A stretch of DNA of 64,000 nucleotides from Eledone cirrhosa (Eukaryota), in contig OZ024741.1 in NCBI GenBank assembly GCA_964016885.1, forward strand, positions 124,496,001-124,560,000, in the 5' to 3' direction. The translations under genes were made by a program, and so were the position numbers. Positions 25,701-39,875 of this stretch are shown in pieces. Under the pieces are notes generated by a model. The model searched no databases and had not been told where the DNA came from. It saw nothing but the letters and a program-made list of their open reading frames with translations. Numbering within the stretch: position 1 is the stretch's first letter; the number at the start of each line of letters is the position of its first letter.

Positions 25701-26367
25701 AGGAGGAGGCTAGCCCACTGTGCAGGATCTGTGGAGAGAGAGAGGAGACTGTGGCTCACATTGTGTCCGAGTGTAAACACCTAGCCCAGACCCACTATAA
25801 GGGCTGGAGACACGATGTGATGGGCAGGGTGATCCACTGGCACCTGTGCAAAGTAAACAATCTACCACATTCTGAGAAATGGTATGAGCATAGGCCAGAG
25901 GCGGTGATGGAGAACAGTCAGGTGAAGGTGCTGTGGGATTTTAGGATACAGACGGACAAAAAACTGGAACACAATAGACCTGACCTGGTGGTTGTGGACA
26001 AAGAAAAAAGATCGTGCCTGATTGTGGATGTGGCCTGCCCGTTCGACACGAGAGTGCAAGAGAAGGAGAGGGAGAAAATTAACCGATACCAGGACCTAAA
26101 GTGGGAGGTGAAAAGGATTTGGAACTGCCATGAAGTCAAAGTGATCCCGATTGTCATAGGCGCACTGGGGACTATCTCCAAAGGTTTCCAGGGATGGTTA
26201 AAGAAAATCGGCCCCTTCACGCTTTTTGGAACGCTTCAAAAGGCATGCTTGCTTGGAACGGCAAGAACCCTCCGATACGTCCTGAATATCTGAGGCTGCA
26301 GGTAGTGGCTTGATATTCAATCCAACGGACTTTCCAGTTAACCAACATCAATGACTGAGATTCAAGG
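22785..26367 (+). mobile_element. R4/Dong-type RLE non-LTR retrotransposon, full-length
   Basis: Single ORF, short 3' UTR, ends in (AAT)n; Dong elements are known TAA-repeat targeters; 5' boundary approximate. Confidence 0.88.
22901..26293 (+). CDS. RT / CCHC zinc knuckle / restriction-like endonuclease polyprotein (1130 aa)
   Basis: KSPGPDG, NYRPI, DYRKAFD, GIFQGDSLSP, FMDD, CRICGEREETVAHIVSEC, RHD, RPDLVV..IVDV, KINRY; uninterrupted. Confidence 0.95.
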   Translation: METRTSCDRLSPNRCPLAQQQEPDCQRNTADVGGRRRRKGARTNWTKELNRTVMQCYLKSNPKERGYRRRMHNIWNEIGLFKLDEQKLAGQARVIRTNGWISELELEELSRENGLEMAGVVCQTSEPAGNEGEEVLRAEEPPEADNDLNTEINNTWNRDTATEEMNADGLGQDSVDILNLVVDELNNDSGRPMNLRFVDRKKLKETTAKVNKVIPYLEARSLHQCNNILKATANTVRKLLGIKARGNNRQERAEPWWKKRLSGQIGEMRNDIGKLESLLNGTLKNIGTKNRLEIKYKTRSKKLNIIIEELKQRIVAKSAKIRRYENRVSQYKQNRMFDNNQKMLFGQLEGKERGTDLIPGAEQAKTFWRGIWEQDVRHNAQAGWIETVQREIGEQAQQQTDLSITVETLKGQAKKLTNWKSPGPDGVQGYWIKHLTSLHPKLTAMFNDCLVSGEVPEWLTKGTTVLIMKDRIKGNDVTNYRPITCLPVMWKLLTSIVSEEIYHHLHTNNLLPDEQKGCRKKSRGTKDQLLIDKMVMGNCRRRHTDLAMGWIDYRKAFDMVPHSWITKSLEIFRVADNIRELLGRSMGSWETELTSTGVSLGSVKIKRGIFQGDSLSPLLFVLALMPLTIMLRKVRAGYKLGRGELTINHLLFMDDLKLFGKSEKELDVLVDTVRIFSSDICMQFGIGKCGVIVMRRGRLSRSNGIQIPTGEMIKEIDSEEGYKYLGVLEADGIKNKKMKELLRTEYIRRVRSVLKSHLNSRNAISAVNSRAVSIIRYSAGILRWNVAEQKEMDRKTRKLLTIYNMFHKRSDVDRLYLRRSEGGRGLISIEDCVQMEKNNLYKYVTYSKEPMLRAVLKEGRVGQGIPKEEITSRRKSSLKGKSLHSTFFEKTEFRDPQTWNWLRRGDLKKATEGMLMAAQEQALKTKWLKHHIYKEEASPLCRICGEREETVAHIVSECKHLAQTHYKGWRHDVMGRVIHWHLCKVNNLPHSEKWYEHRPEAVMENSQVKVLWDFRIQTDKKLEHNRPDLVVVDKEKRSCLIVDVACPFDTRVQEKEREKINRYQDLKWEVKRIWNCHEVKVIPIVIGALGTISKGFQGWLKKIGPFTLFGTLQKACLLGTARTLRYVLNI

Positions 26368-26406
26368 AATAACAATAACAATAATAATAATAATAATAAT
26401 AATAAT

Positions 26407-29369
26407 AGGGCTAGGACAAGATTCGGTTGACATCCTAAATTTAGTGGTAGATGAATTGAACAATGATAGTGGGAGACCTATGAACCTAAGATTTGTAGAC
26501 AGGAAAAAGTTAAAAGAAACAACAGCTAAGGTAAACAAAGTCATCCCATACCTTGAGGCGAGGAGCCTTCACCAGTGCAACAATATCCTCAAAGCAACAG
26601 CAAATACGGTGAGGAAACTACTTGGTATAAAAGCGAGAGGAAACAACAGACAAGAAAGAGCAGAGCCGTGGTGGAAGAAACGACTGAGTGGTCAAATCGG
26701 GGAAATGAGAAATGACATAGGAAAGCTTGAGTCACTACTGAATGGGACACTAAAAAACATAGGCACTAAAAATAGACTGGAAATAAAGTACAAAACTAGG
26801 AGGAAAAAGCTAAATATTATCATAGAGGAACTGAAGCAACGCATTGTAGCAAAGAGTGCAAAAATCAGGCGATACGAGAACAGAGTCAGTCAGTATAAAC
26901 AGAACCGCATGTTCGACAACAACCAGAAGATGCTGTTTGGACAGCTTGAGGGGAAAGAAAGAGGCAACGACTTGATCCCTGGGGCGGAGCAAACTAAAAC
27001 ATTCTGGAGAGGAATATGGGAGCATGATGTTAGACATAATGTCCAGGCAGGGTGGATTGAGACAGTACAGAGGGAGATCGGTGAGCAGGCACACCAACAA
27101 ACTGATTTGAGTATCACAGTTGAAACTCTTAAGGGGCAAGCCAAAAAACTAACCAACTGGAAATCACCAGGCCCAGATGGTGTGCAGGGGTATTGGATTA
27201 AAAATTTAACATCCCTCCACCCGAAGCTGACGGCCATGTTCAATGACTGCTTGGTGTCGGGTGAGGTGCCAGAGTGGTTGACAAAAGGTACCACAGTTCT
27301 GATAATGAAAGACCGAATCAAGGGTAATGATGTTACCAACTATAGACCTATCAGATGTCTGTCCGTAATCTGGAAACTGTTGACGAGCATTGTGTCTGAG
27401 GAAATCTACCATCACCTCCACACAAACAACTTGTTACCGGACGAACAGAAAGGATGCCGAAAGAAGTCACGTGGTACAAAGGACCAGTTACTTATTGATA
27501 AGATGGTAATGGGGAATTGCAGGAGGAGACACACTGATCTTGCCATGGGATGGATAGACTACAGAAAGGCATTTGACATGATGCCCCATTCCTGGATCAC
27601 CAAAAGCCTGGAGATCTTCAAGGTGGCAGATAACATCAGACAGTTGCTAGGCAGGAGTATGGGGTCCTGGGAGACAGAGTTGACATCAACTGGAGTATCC
27701 TTGGGAAGCGTGAAGATCAAGAGAGGTATCTTCCAGGGAGATAGCCTGTCCCCTCTGTTGTTTGTCCTTGCCCTGATGCCCTTGACCATTATGCTGCGAA
27801 AAGTGAGAGCAGGATACAAGTTGGGAAGGGGAGAGCTTACCATCAATCACCTCCTCTTCATGGACGATCTTAAGCTCTTCGGGAAAAGTGAGAAGGAGTT
27901 GGATGTGCTTGTTGACACTGTCCGTATTTTCAGCAGTGATATATGTATGCAGTTTGGTATTGGTAAATGTGGAGTCATTGTGATGAAGAGGGGTAGGTTG
28001 AGCAGAAGTAACGGGATCCAGATACCAATAGGTTAGATGATAAAGGAAATTGACTCTGAGGAAGGATACAAGTATTTGGGCGTTCTGGAGGCTGATGGCA
28101 TAAAGAAAAAAAAAATGAAGGAATTGTTAAGAACTGAATACATTCGGAGAATAAGGAGCGTATTGAAGTCACATCTGAACAGCAGAAATGCCATAAGCGC
28201 AGTAAATTCCCAAGCTGTGTCTATTATTAGGTACAGTGCGGGAATTCTGAGATGGAATGTTGCTGAACAAAAAGAAATGGATAGGAAGACTAGGAAGCTA
28301 TTGACTATCTACAACATGTTCCACAAGAGAAGTGATGTCGATAGACTCTACCTAAGGAGATCTGAGGGTGGAAGAGGTCTTATCAGCAGAGAGGACTGTG
28401 TTCAGATGGAGAAAAACAACCTTTACAAATACGTGACCTATAGTAAGGAGCCAATGCTCAGAACTGTACTGAAGGAGGGGACAGTAGGCCAGGGGATGTC
28501 CAAGGAGGAAATAACATCAAGGAGGAAGAGCAGCCTTAAGGGAAAATCCCTTCATAGTACCTTCTTGAGAAAACTGAATTTAGAGATCCACAGACATGGA
28601 ACTGGTTGAGAAGAGGAGACCTCAAAAAGGCTACAGAAGGAATGCTAATGGCTGCGCAGGAGCAGGCCCTCAAAACGAAGTGGTTGAACCACCATATCTA
28701 CAAGGAGGAGGCTAGCCCACTGTGCAGGATCTGTGGAGAGAGAGAGGAGACTGTGGCTCACATTGTGTCCGAGTGTAAACACCTAGCCCAGACCCACTAT
28801 AAGGGCTGGAGACACGATGTGATGGGCAGGGTGATCCACTGGCACCTGTGCAAAGTAAACAATTTACCACATTCTGAGAAATGGCATGAGCATAGGCCAG
28901 AGGCGGTGATGGAGAACAATCAGGTGAAGGTGCTGTGGGATTTTAGGATACAGACGGACAAAAAACTGGAACACAATAGACCTGACCTGGTGGTTGTGGA
29001 CAAAGAAAAAAGATCGTGTCTGATTGTGGATGTGGCCTGCCCGTTCGACACGAGAGTGCAAGAGAAGGAGAGGGAGAAAATTAACCGACACCAGGACCTA
29101 AAGTGGGAGGTGAAAAGGATTTGGAACTGCCATGAAGTCAAAGTGATCCCGATTGTCATAGGCGCACTGGGGACTATCTCCAAAAGTTTCCAGGGATGGT
29201 TAAAGAAAATCGGCCCCTTCACGCTTTTTGGAACGCTTCAAAAGGCATGCTTGCTTGGAACAGCAAGAACCCTCCGATACGTCCTGAATATCTGAGGCTG
29301 CAGGTAGTGGCTTGATATTCAATCCAACGGACTTTCCAGTTAACCAACATCAATGACTGAGATTCAAGG
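26407..29369 (+). mobile_element. 5'-truncated near-identical Dong copy (pseudogene)
   Basis: Starts at the equivalent of ~23405; GAG>TAG at 28034-28036, frameshift ~28565; same 3' end and AAT tail. Confidence 0.92.
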
Positions 29370-29400
29370 AATAACAACAATAATAATAATAATAATAATA

Positions 29401-30360
29401 GAAAGGGAAGAAGCCGCACGAGGTGGTAGAAGGTCATGAAATCGCTCCCGTAAGTTTTTGATTTTTAACATATTTAAATCAATTGTGAAATAACAATTCT
29501 TAGTACAAATGTTGCATAAACCACCGAATGAGGTCCCATAAAGTTTCGGATCCATATTATATTGTTGTATCGCTCAAATATTCAATTTTGTATTATATAT
29601 TTTGTATTCAAAAAAAGAAAATGGTTATAAATGGAAGAAAACACCCTCTGTCTACACTATATAGAACAGCCAAATAACAGCAATTTCACCAACACCAGAA
29701 ACTTGATACACCACCTATCCCATCACACTAAATATAACAGCCAGATAACGGCAATTTCACCACCACCACCATCAATCCCAGGATCATAATAATAATTACT
29801 ATTATTATTGTCTCAAGTTTTAACAAAATGTTTAATTCCAATTTTACGGGAATATGTCAACACAATATATAATAAAAATATATATTAAACATACGAACAC
29901 AAACTCATAGATACTACATATCAGTAACCACAACGCCACCGCTGCCACCACCCCATCCATCACTGCTACCACTATCCCATCGCCGCCGCCACCACTCCTT
30001 CATTGCTACCACCACTATTCCCCTGTTAACTTGAGAGAGAAAGGGGAAGGTGGCGGTATCACTAGACAAGGGAGAGGCTAGCAAAAGATATAAATAGATT
30101 GACTTAGTGACCTGGCCATAGGCCAAACGTCAACATCAACAATTATGGGACTGCTGGCTCACCCCTTCCTCACCAACAATATAAAAAGCCCCGGCACCAC
30201 CACCGACATAGCCAACAACAATAACAGCCAACTACAACAAAAAGTATATTATATTATTGTAATGCAGTGGGTGATTGCTGGCCTTGTGCCTGGAGTGGAG
30301 ACAGTTATTAATAATTTCATTCTTAAGCCACGCAATGCTCACATTAAGGAACCACTCATG
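29401..30360. repeat. Unclassified non-coding repeat module, copy 2
   Basis: Homologous to 21865-22780; contains a SINE tail fragment at ~30265-30305. Confidence 0.7.
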
Positions 30361-30389
30361 ATAATAACAATTTAAAAAAAACAACAAAA

Positions 30390-33300
30390 ATAAAACCCCG
30401 TGACCAAGAAATACCGGGATGGCGGCCGGCGGGGAATAGCCGTGTCTCTAGGGGAGAACGACCCCTCTAGTCTTGGTTGACACTCGTTCTAGAAGTGGTA
30501 ACACGAAATGATTACCCCTTGGCGGATAAGGATAAAACGCGACAAAATAAAGTAAATGTCTAATGATAAAATCTCATACCGGATCGGCCGTCACCCGGGT
30601 AAAAAAGGGCCGCGTCCCTCAGAGAGGAACCAGACTGGGGTCGAAAAATCAGCTAATGGTTCAAAACTTCCCATCACTTCGGAGCTGGAGACCTCCCATA
30701 ACCGGAATACTCCTACTGTTGGCCCTCCATGCTCACCACCAAGAAATCCAAGGAAAAGAGAGAAAAATGGTCAAGTAAAGATAATAAATAAGTCCTTGAG
30801 GCTTTCTACACTGCCATGTACTACCCATCAAATACATCGAATACAGAACAGACATATATCAACTGGAAAAAGAAACATCCCGAAAACAGAGGCTATATTG
30901 ACAGTAACAAACTAGCCAATATACGAAGAAATATTGTAAGAAAAAAGTTACTAACTGATATAGAAATTGATCAGATCAAGCTATTAGCACAAAGACAGCG
31001 AAGGGAAAATGAAACATGTGTCAGTGAAAACGAGGTAAACTGTAACACTTCGAATCCCAGGGTTGGGGCGGAATCACTGGCAACAGAACAAATTAAAGAA
31101 AGGATCGAAAAAGTGGAGGGAGTGCATGCTCAAGATGAAACTCCAAATGAAAATAATGAGATCGTAAATGATAAAGAAATGAATGAGAATGAACTTGCCA
31201 ACTTGAAGGATGAAATTATGATCGAATGGATGAAAATGAAAGAATCTGACATGGGGCAACGAGACACCCTCCCTAAGATCCAGAACTCCAAACAGAACCA
31301 AAAGATAATACACAAGACTAACATAATTCTCAAAAACATTATCATCACAAACAAACTAAACATTACTGATTTAAATCATCTCTATTATGCATCGGCTAAA
31401 GTCACCACTCACTTATGTGGAGTGAAAATGAAAAAACAAAGGAATTCCCACAAGAAATCTACTTGGCAAGAGAACATCAATCGCCAAATAAACCTTCTCC
31501 GATCTGACATAGAAATTTTAACAAACTATAAAATAGGTGAACATGTTAAACAAACTAAAATTAGAAAATTGAAAAAAAAGTACAGTATAAAATCAACATG
31601 TGGCATAGACATGCTGATAGAAATAATCAAGCAAAAAGTGTCGGCCAAAGCTGCTCGTATAAGGCGCTTTGAAAAACGATCTAGATTCTATAAGGACAAT
31701 AATATGTTCAAAAACAACCAAAGAAACTTCTACAGAAAAATTGGTATGTCAACAATAACTGCTAAATCAATACCACCCAAGGAGGAAGTGCAAGAATTCT
31801 GGGAAAAGATCTGGGCCGAAGAAAAAGTTCATAATATACATGCCCCATGGATAGACAGACAAATGAAAGATACAGCTCACCTTGAGGAACAAATATGGGA
31901 AAATATAACAGTTGAACAATTGCATTTGGCTCTAAGAAAAACCAGCAAATGGAAATCCCCAGGAAAAGACAAAATACAAATTTTTTGGATAAATGCCTTC
32001 ACAGAGTCTCGTGAGCTGTTAGCCCAACTTTTACAATGAAATAGTTAAGGAGCCAGAAAAGATACCATCATGGCTAGTTAACGGCATTACATTCCTACTT
32101 CCGAAGAATGATGAGACAAACAATCCCCAAAATTACAGACCGATAACTTGCTTGACCACAATGTATAAAACTTTAACATCAGTCCTAACTGAATACACAT
32201 ATGACCACCTGATAACAAATGACCTATTTCCCATTGAGCCGAAAGGGTGTAAACGAGGCTCATATGGCTGTAAGGATCAGCTTTTGGTTAACAAAATAAT
32301 ACTGGAAGATTGTCATAATAGACACAAAAATCTATCAATTGCTTGGATAGATTATAAAAAAGCATTCGATAGTTTGCCACGCAGTTGGATTGAAAAATGT
32401 TTAGAGATTTTCAAAATATCCCCCGTTGTCAGGAGGTTTTTGTCATTCAGTATGAAGACATGGAAAACGACACTCCTTTTGAATAGTGAAACAAAATCAC
32501 TGGAAGATGGAGAAGTTAATATTAATTGTGGAATTTTTCAGGGTGACTCTTTATCACCGCTTTTATTCTGCATCGCACATATACCATTAAGTAAAATGCT
32601 CAATGAAACAAAACATGGATATAAAGTCTATGACAAAACCCTTAATCACTTGTTCTACATGGATGACCTGAAACTATTTGCAAAAAATGATGAACAATTG
32701 CAAGCGCTATTATCCACTGTGGAGCAGTTCAGTGATGACATTAAAATGGAGTTTGGACTAGATAAATGCGCCAAAGCAACGTTCACCAGAGGAAAGCTGC
32801 TGAAAAGTTCAGACATTAATCTTGATCGAGGGAATGTGATAAGAGAACTTGATCAAGAGGAAACTTACACATATCTAGGTGTTTGTGAAGGAGACGGAAT
32901 CAAGCACTCGACAATGAGGGAAAGGATAAGGAAGGAATGTTACCGCAGAGTAAGAGTAATCTTAAGAACGGAATTGAATGCAAGGAATAGGATCGATGCC
33001 ATAAACACCCTTGCCATACCAGTAGTAACCTACAGTTACAATGTCATCAACTGGTCAAGCACAGAGATCCGTAGGCTCGATACAAAGATTCGAAAATTCT
33101 TAACCATGCACAGAATGCATCACCCTAAGGCAGATACAGATAGAATATATCTCCCAAGGAAAGAAGGAGGACGTGGGTTAATCCAGTTAGACATTGCGTT
33201 GAAAACTGCAACAATTGGATTATCTACATATCTAAGGGAATCACATGATTGGATGATCAAACTCGTTTTGAAATACGAAAGCATCAAAAGATCATATTGC

Positions 33301-34348
33301 ATTACAAAAGATGCACAAAGATACAGTAATGGACTACAAATTTCAGAAGTCCCATTTACTGCTGAAATGGAAAACACGGAAAAAGCAAAGCAGGTAAAAG
33401 TAACTGCAAAGAAAGAGCTGCTACAGAAACTGGGAAGAAATGGCAAGAAAAGCCGCTGTATGGAAAATACCCAGAACGAGCTAACAATCCTGATGTTGAC
33501 AAAATTTTAACCCATCAGTGGTTGGCATCCTCTGGACTGAAATCGGAGACTGAAGGACTGATTATATCAGCACAAGATCAGTGTCTGCCAACAAAAAATT
33601 ACCAAGCCAACATAATAAAAAATGGATGCAGCCCATTATGCCGTGTATGTAAAAAACAACCAGAGACCATTGACCATATAATTTCAATGTGCAGTCCTAT
33701 AGCTCCAACCGAATACCTAAACAGGCATGACAGAGCTGCACAATACATACATTGGATAATGTGTAAGAATTTTGACCTGCACCATCAAAAGAATTGGTGG
33801 GAGCATCAACCACCTCCCATACATGAAAAAGATCACATCTCAATCTTGTGGAACTTTAGCATCCAAACAGACCGAAAAATAGATGCAAATAGACCTGATA
33901 AAATATTGAAGGACTTTAAAAAGAGGGTATGCCTGCTAATTAATATGTCCGTTCCAATAGACAAGAATGTATCTATAAAAACATTTGAAAAATTGAGCAA
34001 GTATAAGGACCTGGATATAGAAATCGGAAAAATGTGGAAATTGAGAACTAAAACAATACCAGTGGTTGTAGGCGCTCTAGGGATGATACCTAAGGGGTCT
34101 AATGATTACTTATCGCAAATCCCAGGAAACCCGCGTATAGGAGAAATACAAAAGATAGTACTAATAAGAACTGACCATATACTAAGGAAGATTCTGTCAA
34201 TATAAGTACATCACAAGTCTAAACACTAAAGATGCATGTGTGAGTATGTATGTTCTTTCTTGAACATGGCGGACCTTGTTGTCTCTTGAGGTCACTGGTT
34301 GTGACTTGGTGATAACTCGTATGAACATAAAGCAAGATAAATGAAGCT

Positions 34349-34349
<1 letters not shown>
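30390..34349 (+). mobile_element. Second, divergent R4/Dong-type family, frameshifted
   Basis: ORF pieces 30556-30915, 30816-32039, 32152-33510, 33522-34205: KSPGKD, GIFQGDSLSP, YMDD, CRVCKKQPETIDHIISMC, RHD, RPD; (AAT)n tail. Confidence 0.9.
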
Positions 34350-34388
<39 letters not shown>

Positions 34389-34398
34389 ATTAGTTAAT

Positions 34399-34990
34399 GT
34401 GAATAATACTAACAGTAATTTAAATGCGAATAATAGTAGAACACCTAGAAATAATAATGATAATACGAATAGTTTAGGTTATAGATATAACATTGAATTG
34501 AACTGTAACAGTAGAAGTAAATCTGAATGCCCTTTACAAAATAATTGCCTTGAAAAGAATATAGTATATAAATGTACCATTAAGACAAATAATAATAATA
34601 CTTATAACTACATTGGTGCCACTTCATCGAACTTTAAGTTTCGCTTTTCCAATCATAAACATTCACTCTCTAATCCAGATAAAAAATGTTCTACATCATT
34701 ATCACAATTAATATGGTCTTTAAAAGAGAAAAACATTAAATACTCAATTTCTTGGAATAAACTAAAGTATTCTGATTCCTATCGGAACTCTTCCATTTCA
34801 TCAAATTGCAATCTTTGTAATTTGGAAACTCTATTAATAATTACAAATTATGTTAACTTAATTAATAAGAAAAAAGAATTATTCGTAAGTTGTCTACATA
34901 AGTCTGGAAGAACCTTTCAAGCATTATACAAATTTCGGAAAAAAATACTGACTATGAAGAAAAAATATTGGCTATTAATAATTCTTGATA

Positions 34991-35026
<36 letters not shown>

Positions 35027-35028
35027 GA
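34399..35028 (+). pseudogene. GIY-YIG endonuclease half of PLE2
   Basis: VYKCTI..YNYIGATSSNFKFRFSNH..CNLC..LINKKKELFVSCLHK. Confidence 0.85.
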
Positions 35029-35842
35029 TATAACGTTTTGCCTTACCTTAAAAATTGTATATCGTTTTTCTATAGACAATTAATCTCAATTTGGATTTAG
35101 AATGGTCATTGTGTAACTAGAAATTTCTGAATTTGCGGTTTGAAATATCTTTTGGCTTTCAAAGTACTTAAATATCTTAAATGTTCACATACGTTGAACG
35201 AGTTATCTTCCTTTGTTTACATTCTTCGTAAATAATTTTGTTCTGTCCAAATGGATTGATAATGTATATTTAACATGATTTATACAGTTTAATAATATAC
35301 GAAAAATCCTTAAAGGGAAACTATATATAATAAGATGTAATTACAGAAGTAAAATCGAAATAATAATACTTTTAAGAGTAAATATAACTACTAATTAATC
35401 ATGCAATGAAATAACAACCAATGAATTGAAATGATTTTATAATGAAACTAGAATAATTTAGATAATAATTCTTAACATTATATAACATATATATACTGAT
35501 GGTGATATATGCATAGGTTTTAGTAAATATCCTTATATATATTTAATAGGTATTTAAACTTGCTTTAAAGATAAAAATGTTTTTGAATATTGTAACAAAA
35601 TATTTAGTAAATATATTAATTATACTATGCTTCTGATTACTATAGTAAATATTTTTATATTGTTTAATTTTGTATATATTAGTATAATTAGCTTAAACAT
35701 AACCAAATACAAAAGATATTAAAAAATTTCATGGTATTTAATTGGTCGCTTCTATTTGAAAGCAACGGTCACACATCATTTCTCTTTCTTACTTTCTTTC
35801 TTTATTTCTTTTTTTTGCCGTTACGTCTTTCTTCTTCCCTCT

Positions 35843-35942
<100 letters not shown>

Positions 35943-36200
35943 TTTCCTTCCCTAACATATATATTTACGCATTTAAATATTCATGCCTGTATGTATTTAT
36001 ATATTTTCTTCTTGCATTTCCTCATACTCACACCCTCCTTATACCCATATCTCGCTCCACATCATCTTCTGCATTAAATTTAATTTTATCATGTTATTAT
36101 TTGTGGTATATAAATGTTGAGATTTGTTGTAATAAATCACTGCCAATACTGGAATTGAACCATCAAAAAGGTTGAGGTATGTCACACATCAATTCATGCA

Positions 36201-36260
36201 TATTACCTGAAGAGGACGTACTGAAAAAACAGCACAGTACCTTCGAAATATATATAATAA
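36201..36260 (+). ncRNA. Type I hammerhead ribozyme at PLE2 3' end
   Basis: TATTAC-CTGAAGA-GGA.GTACTG..CAGTAC.TTC-GAAA-TATA-TA-TAATA; first stem I pair lost. Confidence 0.7.
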
Positions 36261-36348
36261 AACATATGTTTTGATTACGTGATAGTCTTCATTTATAAAT
36301 ATTCTGAATAACACATATATATATATGTATATATATATGTATATATAA

Positions 36349-36469
<121 letters not shown>

Positions 36470-36515
36470 TATATGTAGAAATTACATGAATCAAAATTCA
36501 GTTTAAATCATTTAT

Positions 36516-36564
36516 TTGCTTACAATTGTTTCCTCTAAACCGAGGTTTGGATTCTTCGGAGCAA
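36516..36564 (-). ncRNA. Type I hammerhead ribozyme (U4C core change) in solo fragment ~36475-36730
   Basis: Minus: TTGCT-CCGAAGA-ATCCAAACC(tc)GGTTTAGAG-GAAA-CAATTG-TA-AGCAA then AATAAA. Confidence 0.7.
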
Positions 36565-36726
36565 CTATTTAGTGATTTATTACATACTTGACCTCCTTTT
36601 CAACACAAGAGACATATAAAACATATGTATATATTGACCCACAGTGGGATGACATCCATCATAATAATATAGCATGGCAATTTACATACAAAGGTTACAG
36701 TCATATTAAAGGACAATATACCTTAA

Positions 36727-36827
<101 letters not shown>

Positions 36828-36859
36828 TATATGTTTATAAATATATATATGCATGTTTG

Positions 36860-36912
<53 letters not shown>

Positions 36913-37003
36913 ATATATATGTATATATATATATGTATATATATATGTATATATATATGTATATATATATATAGTTTATATATATATGTATATATATATA
37001 TAT

Positions 37004-37082
<79 letters not shown>

Positions 37083-37087
37083 CATAC

Positions 37088-37190
<103 letters not shown>

Positions 37191-37257
37191 AACATACATA
37201 TATATATATACATATATACATAAATATATACATATATATATATATATATACATATAT

Positions 37258-37460
37258 AGGAACTTGTAGGACCCCGACGGCTGAGCTCAAGCCGTTTCGA
37301 CGGCTAATTCTGGACAGAATGAGTCGAGAATTAGCCGTCGAAACGGATTGAGCTCAGCCGTCGTGGTCCTACTCGTTCCTATTACCCACTCTACTACCCT
37401 AAGTATTGAGTACTTTGGTGCGTTATGGTCCATCTGGTTCCTTACCACATTTCCTTCGTC
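37258..37460 (+). mobile_element. Fold-back fragment containing the 3' half of an HHR
   Basis: ~53-bp-arm hairpin 37258-37380; right arm GAAA-CGG..CCG-TC-GTGGTCCT; related diverged copy at ~5727-5800. Confidence 0.6.
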
Positions 37461-37464
37461 ATAT

Positions 37465-37533
<69 letters not shown>

Positions 37534-37646
37534 CATATATATATGTATACGTATATGTATACATACATATATACATATATGTATATATGTATGTATACAT
37601 ATATGTGTATTTATATATATGTATATACATGTATATATATTTATAT

Positions 37647-37722
<76 letters not shown>

Positions 37723-37804
37723 GTTAATCCGGGTTGAATCGGAGGTAACCACAGTAAGTAAGGTACTCAATACATAGCAGAGTATAAAAGTGTTAACATA
37801 GATG

Positions 37805-37855
37805 AGATTCTACAGGACTAGAACTGTTTCATTCATTAGAAATCATCAGGAATCT
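37805..37855 (-). ncRNA. Type I hammerhead ribozyme
   Basis: Reverse complement of AGATTC-CTGATGA-TTTCTAATGAAT-GAAA-CAG..CTG-TA-GAATCT. Confidence 0.85.
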
Positions 37856-38432
37856 GGGTATCAAAAAATAAAAATGGTATTTATAGGTCTCTACAAGTGT
37901 TAGGAGAGGGTGGGGAGTGGGATGGGTGTAGGTCATTGGTTGATAGAAAAGGGAATTCATTAAAAGCTAATTCTACAAAGCTATAGTTTATTTTTATTTA
38001 TTTATGTTTTTAGAGTAACAAGGGCAGACAGAATTCTATAAACAGGTTCCGGATGGCATACCATTCCTTGTCATTAAGTTTCTCTTAAGCAAACAGATGT
38101 CTATAAGATCAGTGGGGGGTCAGTCATGGTCGATAGAATTAAAGAAAAGGGAGATTCTTTAAAAGCTAAAATCATTAAGGTTCTACTAAGTGACAAAGGT
38201 CTAGAGAATTCTGTAGACAGATTCAAAATACTGAGTGCATATCTTACAATTATCTTCGAACTTCTCTTAAACTAATCAACTATATGCCAAAAATCAACAG
38301 ACACATTCACAAAAAAACATACTCACTCACACACTCACGCGCAACCATAAACACACACACAAACACATATACACACATAAAAACATACACACATATATAT
38401 AAATATATTCATATACATACATATACATACAC

Positions 38433-38497
<65 letters not shown>

Positions 38498-38693
38498 TAT
38501 ACATACACACACACATACATATATATACACTCACACACACATATATACACATATAAATACACTCACACACATACATACAAACACAAATATACATGTGTAT
38601 ACAAATACAAACAAATACATATAGATATATATACATATATATACACAGATATATACATATATATACACATATACACATATATATACATATACA

Positions 38694-38727
<34 letters not shown>

Positions 38728-38754
38728 TATGCATATACACATATATATATACAT

Positions 38755-38785
<31 letters not shown>

Positions 38786-38876
38786 AAAACACATACACAC
38801 ACATATATACATATACACACACATACACACAAACACACACACACATATATATACACATATACATATATATATATTC

Positions 38877-38909
<33 letters not shown>

Positions 38910-38911
38910 CG

Positions 38912-38947
<36 letters not shown>

Positions 38948-38990
38948 AACAATTATATACACATACAAACACACACACACACACATACAT

Positions 38991-39047
<57 letters not shown>

Positions 39048-39118
39048 TATACACATATATAAGGAAAAAGCACCATACATACATACATATATATATATAC
39101 ATATATATACATATATAT

Positions 39119-39211
<93 letters not shown>

Positions 39212-39293
39212 CACCATTCATACATATATTCATATATATATACACATACACACATATATACACATATACACATATATATACACACACATATAT

Positions 39294-39340
<47 letters not shown>

Positions 39341-39407
39341 TATACATACACATATACACACACACATACACATACATACATATATACACAAATACATACA
39401 CACATAT

Positions 39408-39452
<45 letters not shown>

Positions 39453-39527
39453 TACACATACATACATATATATATATACATAAATATATATATATATATA
39501 AAAATATACACAGATATACATACATAT

Positions 39528-39602
<75 letters not shown>

Positions 39603-39656
39603 AACATACATACAAACATACATATACACATATATATAAATACATATATATATACG

Positions 39657-39709
<53 letters not shown>

Positions 39710-39737
39710 ACACACACACATATACACATACACACAC

Positions 39738-39770
<33 letters not shown>

Positions 39771-39875
39771 CATACATATACACACACATATATATACACG
39801 CACACACATATACACATATATATATACACACACACACACACACATACACATGCATATGTATAAATATATATATAT

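Noticed and set aside
26351-26406. Apparent N-terminus MTEIQGITITIIIII of the 561-aa ORF
   Set aside because: Chance fusion of the 3' UTR and AAT tail of copy 1 to the truncated copy 2.
23098-29222. Antisense ORFs over the Dong elements
   Set aside because: Shadow frames of the RT ORF with no motifs of their own.
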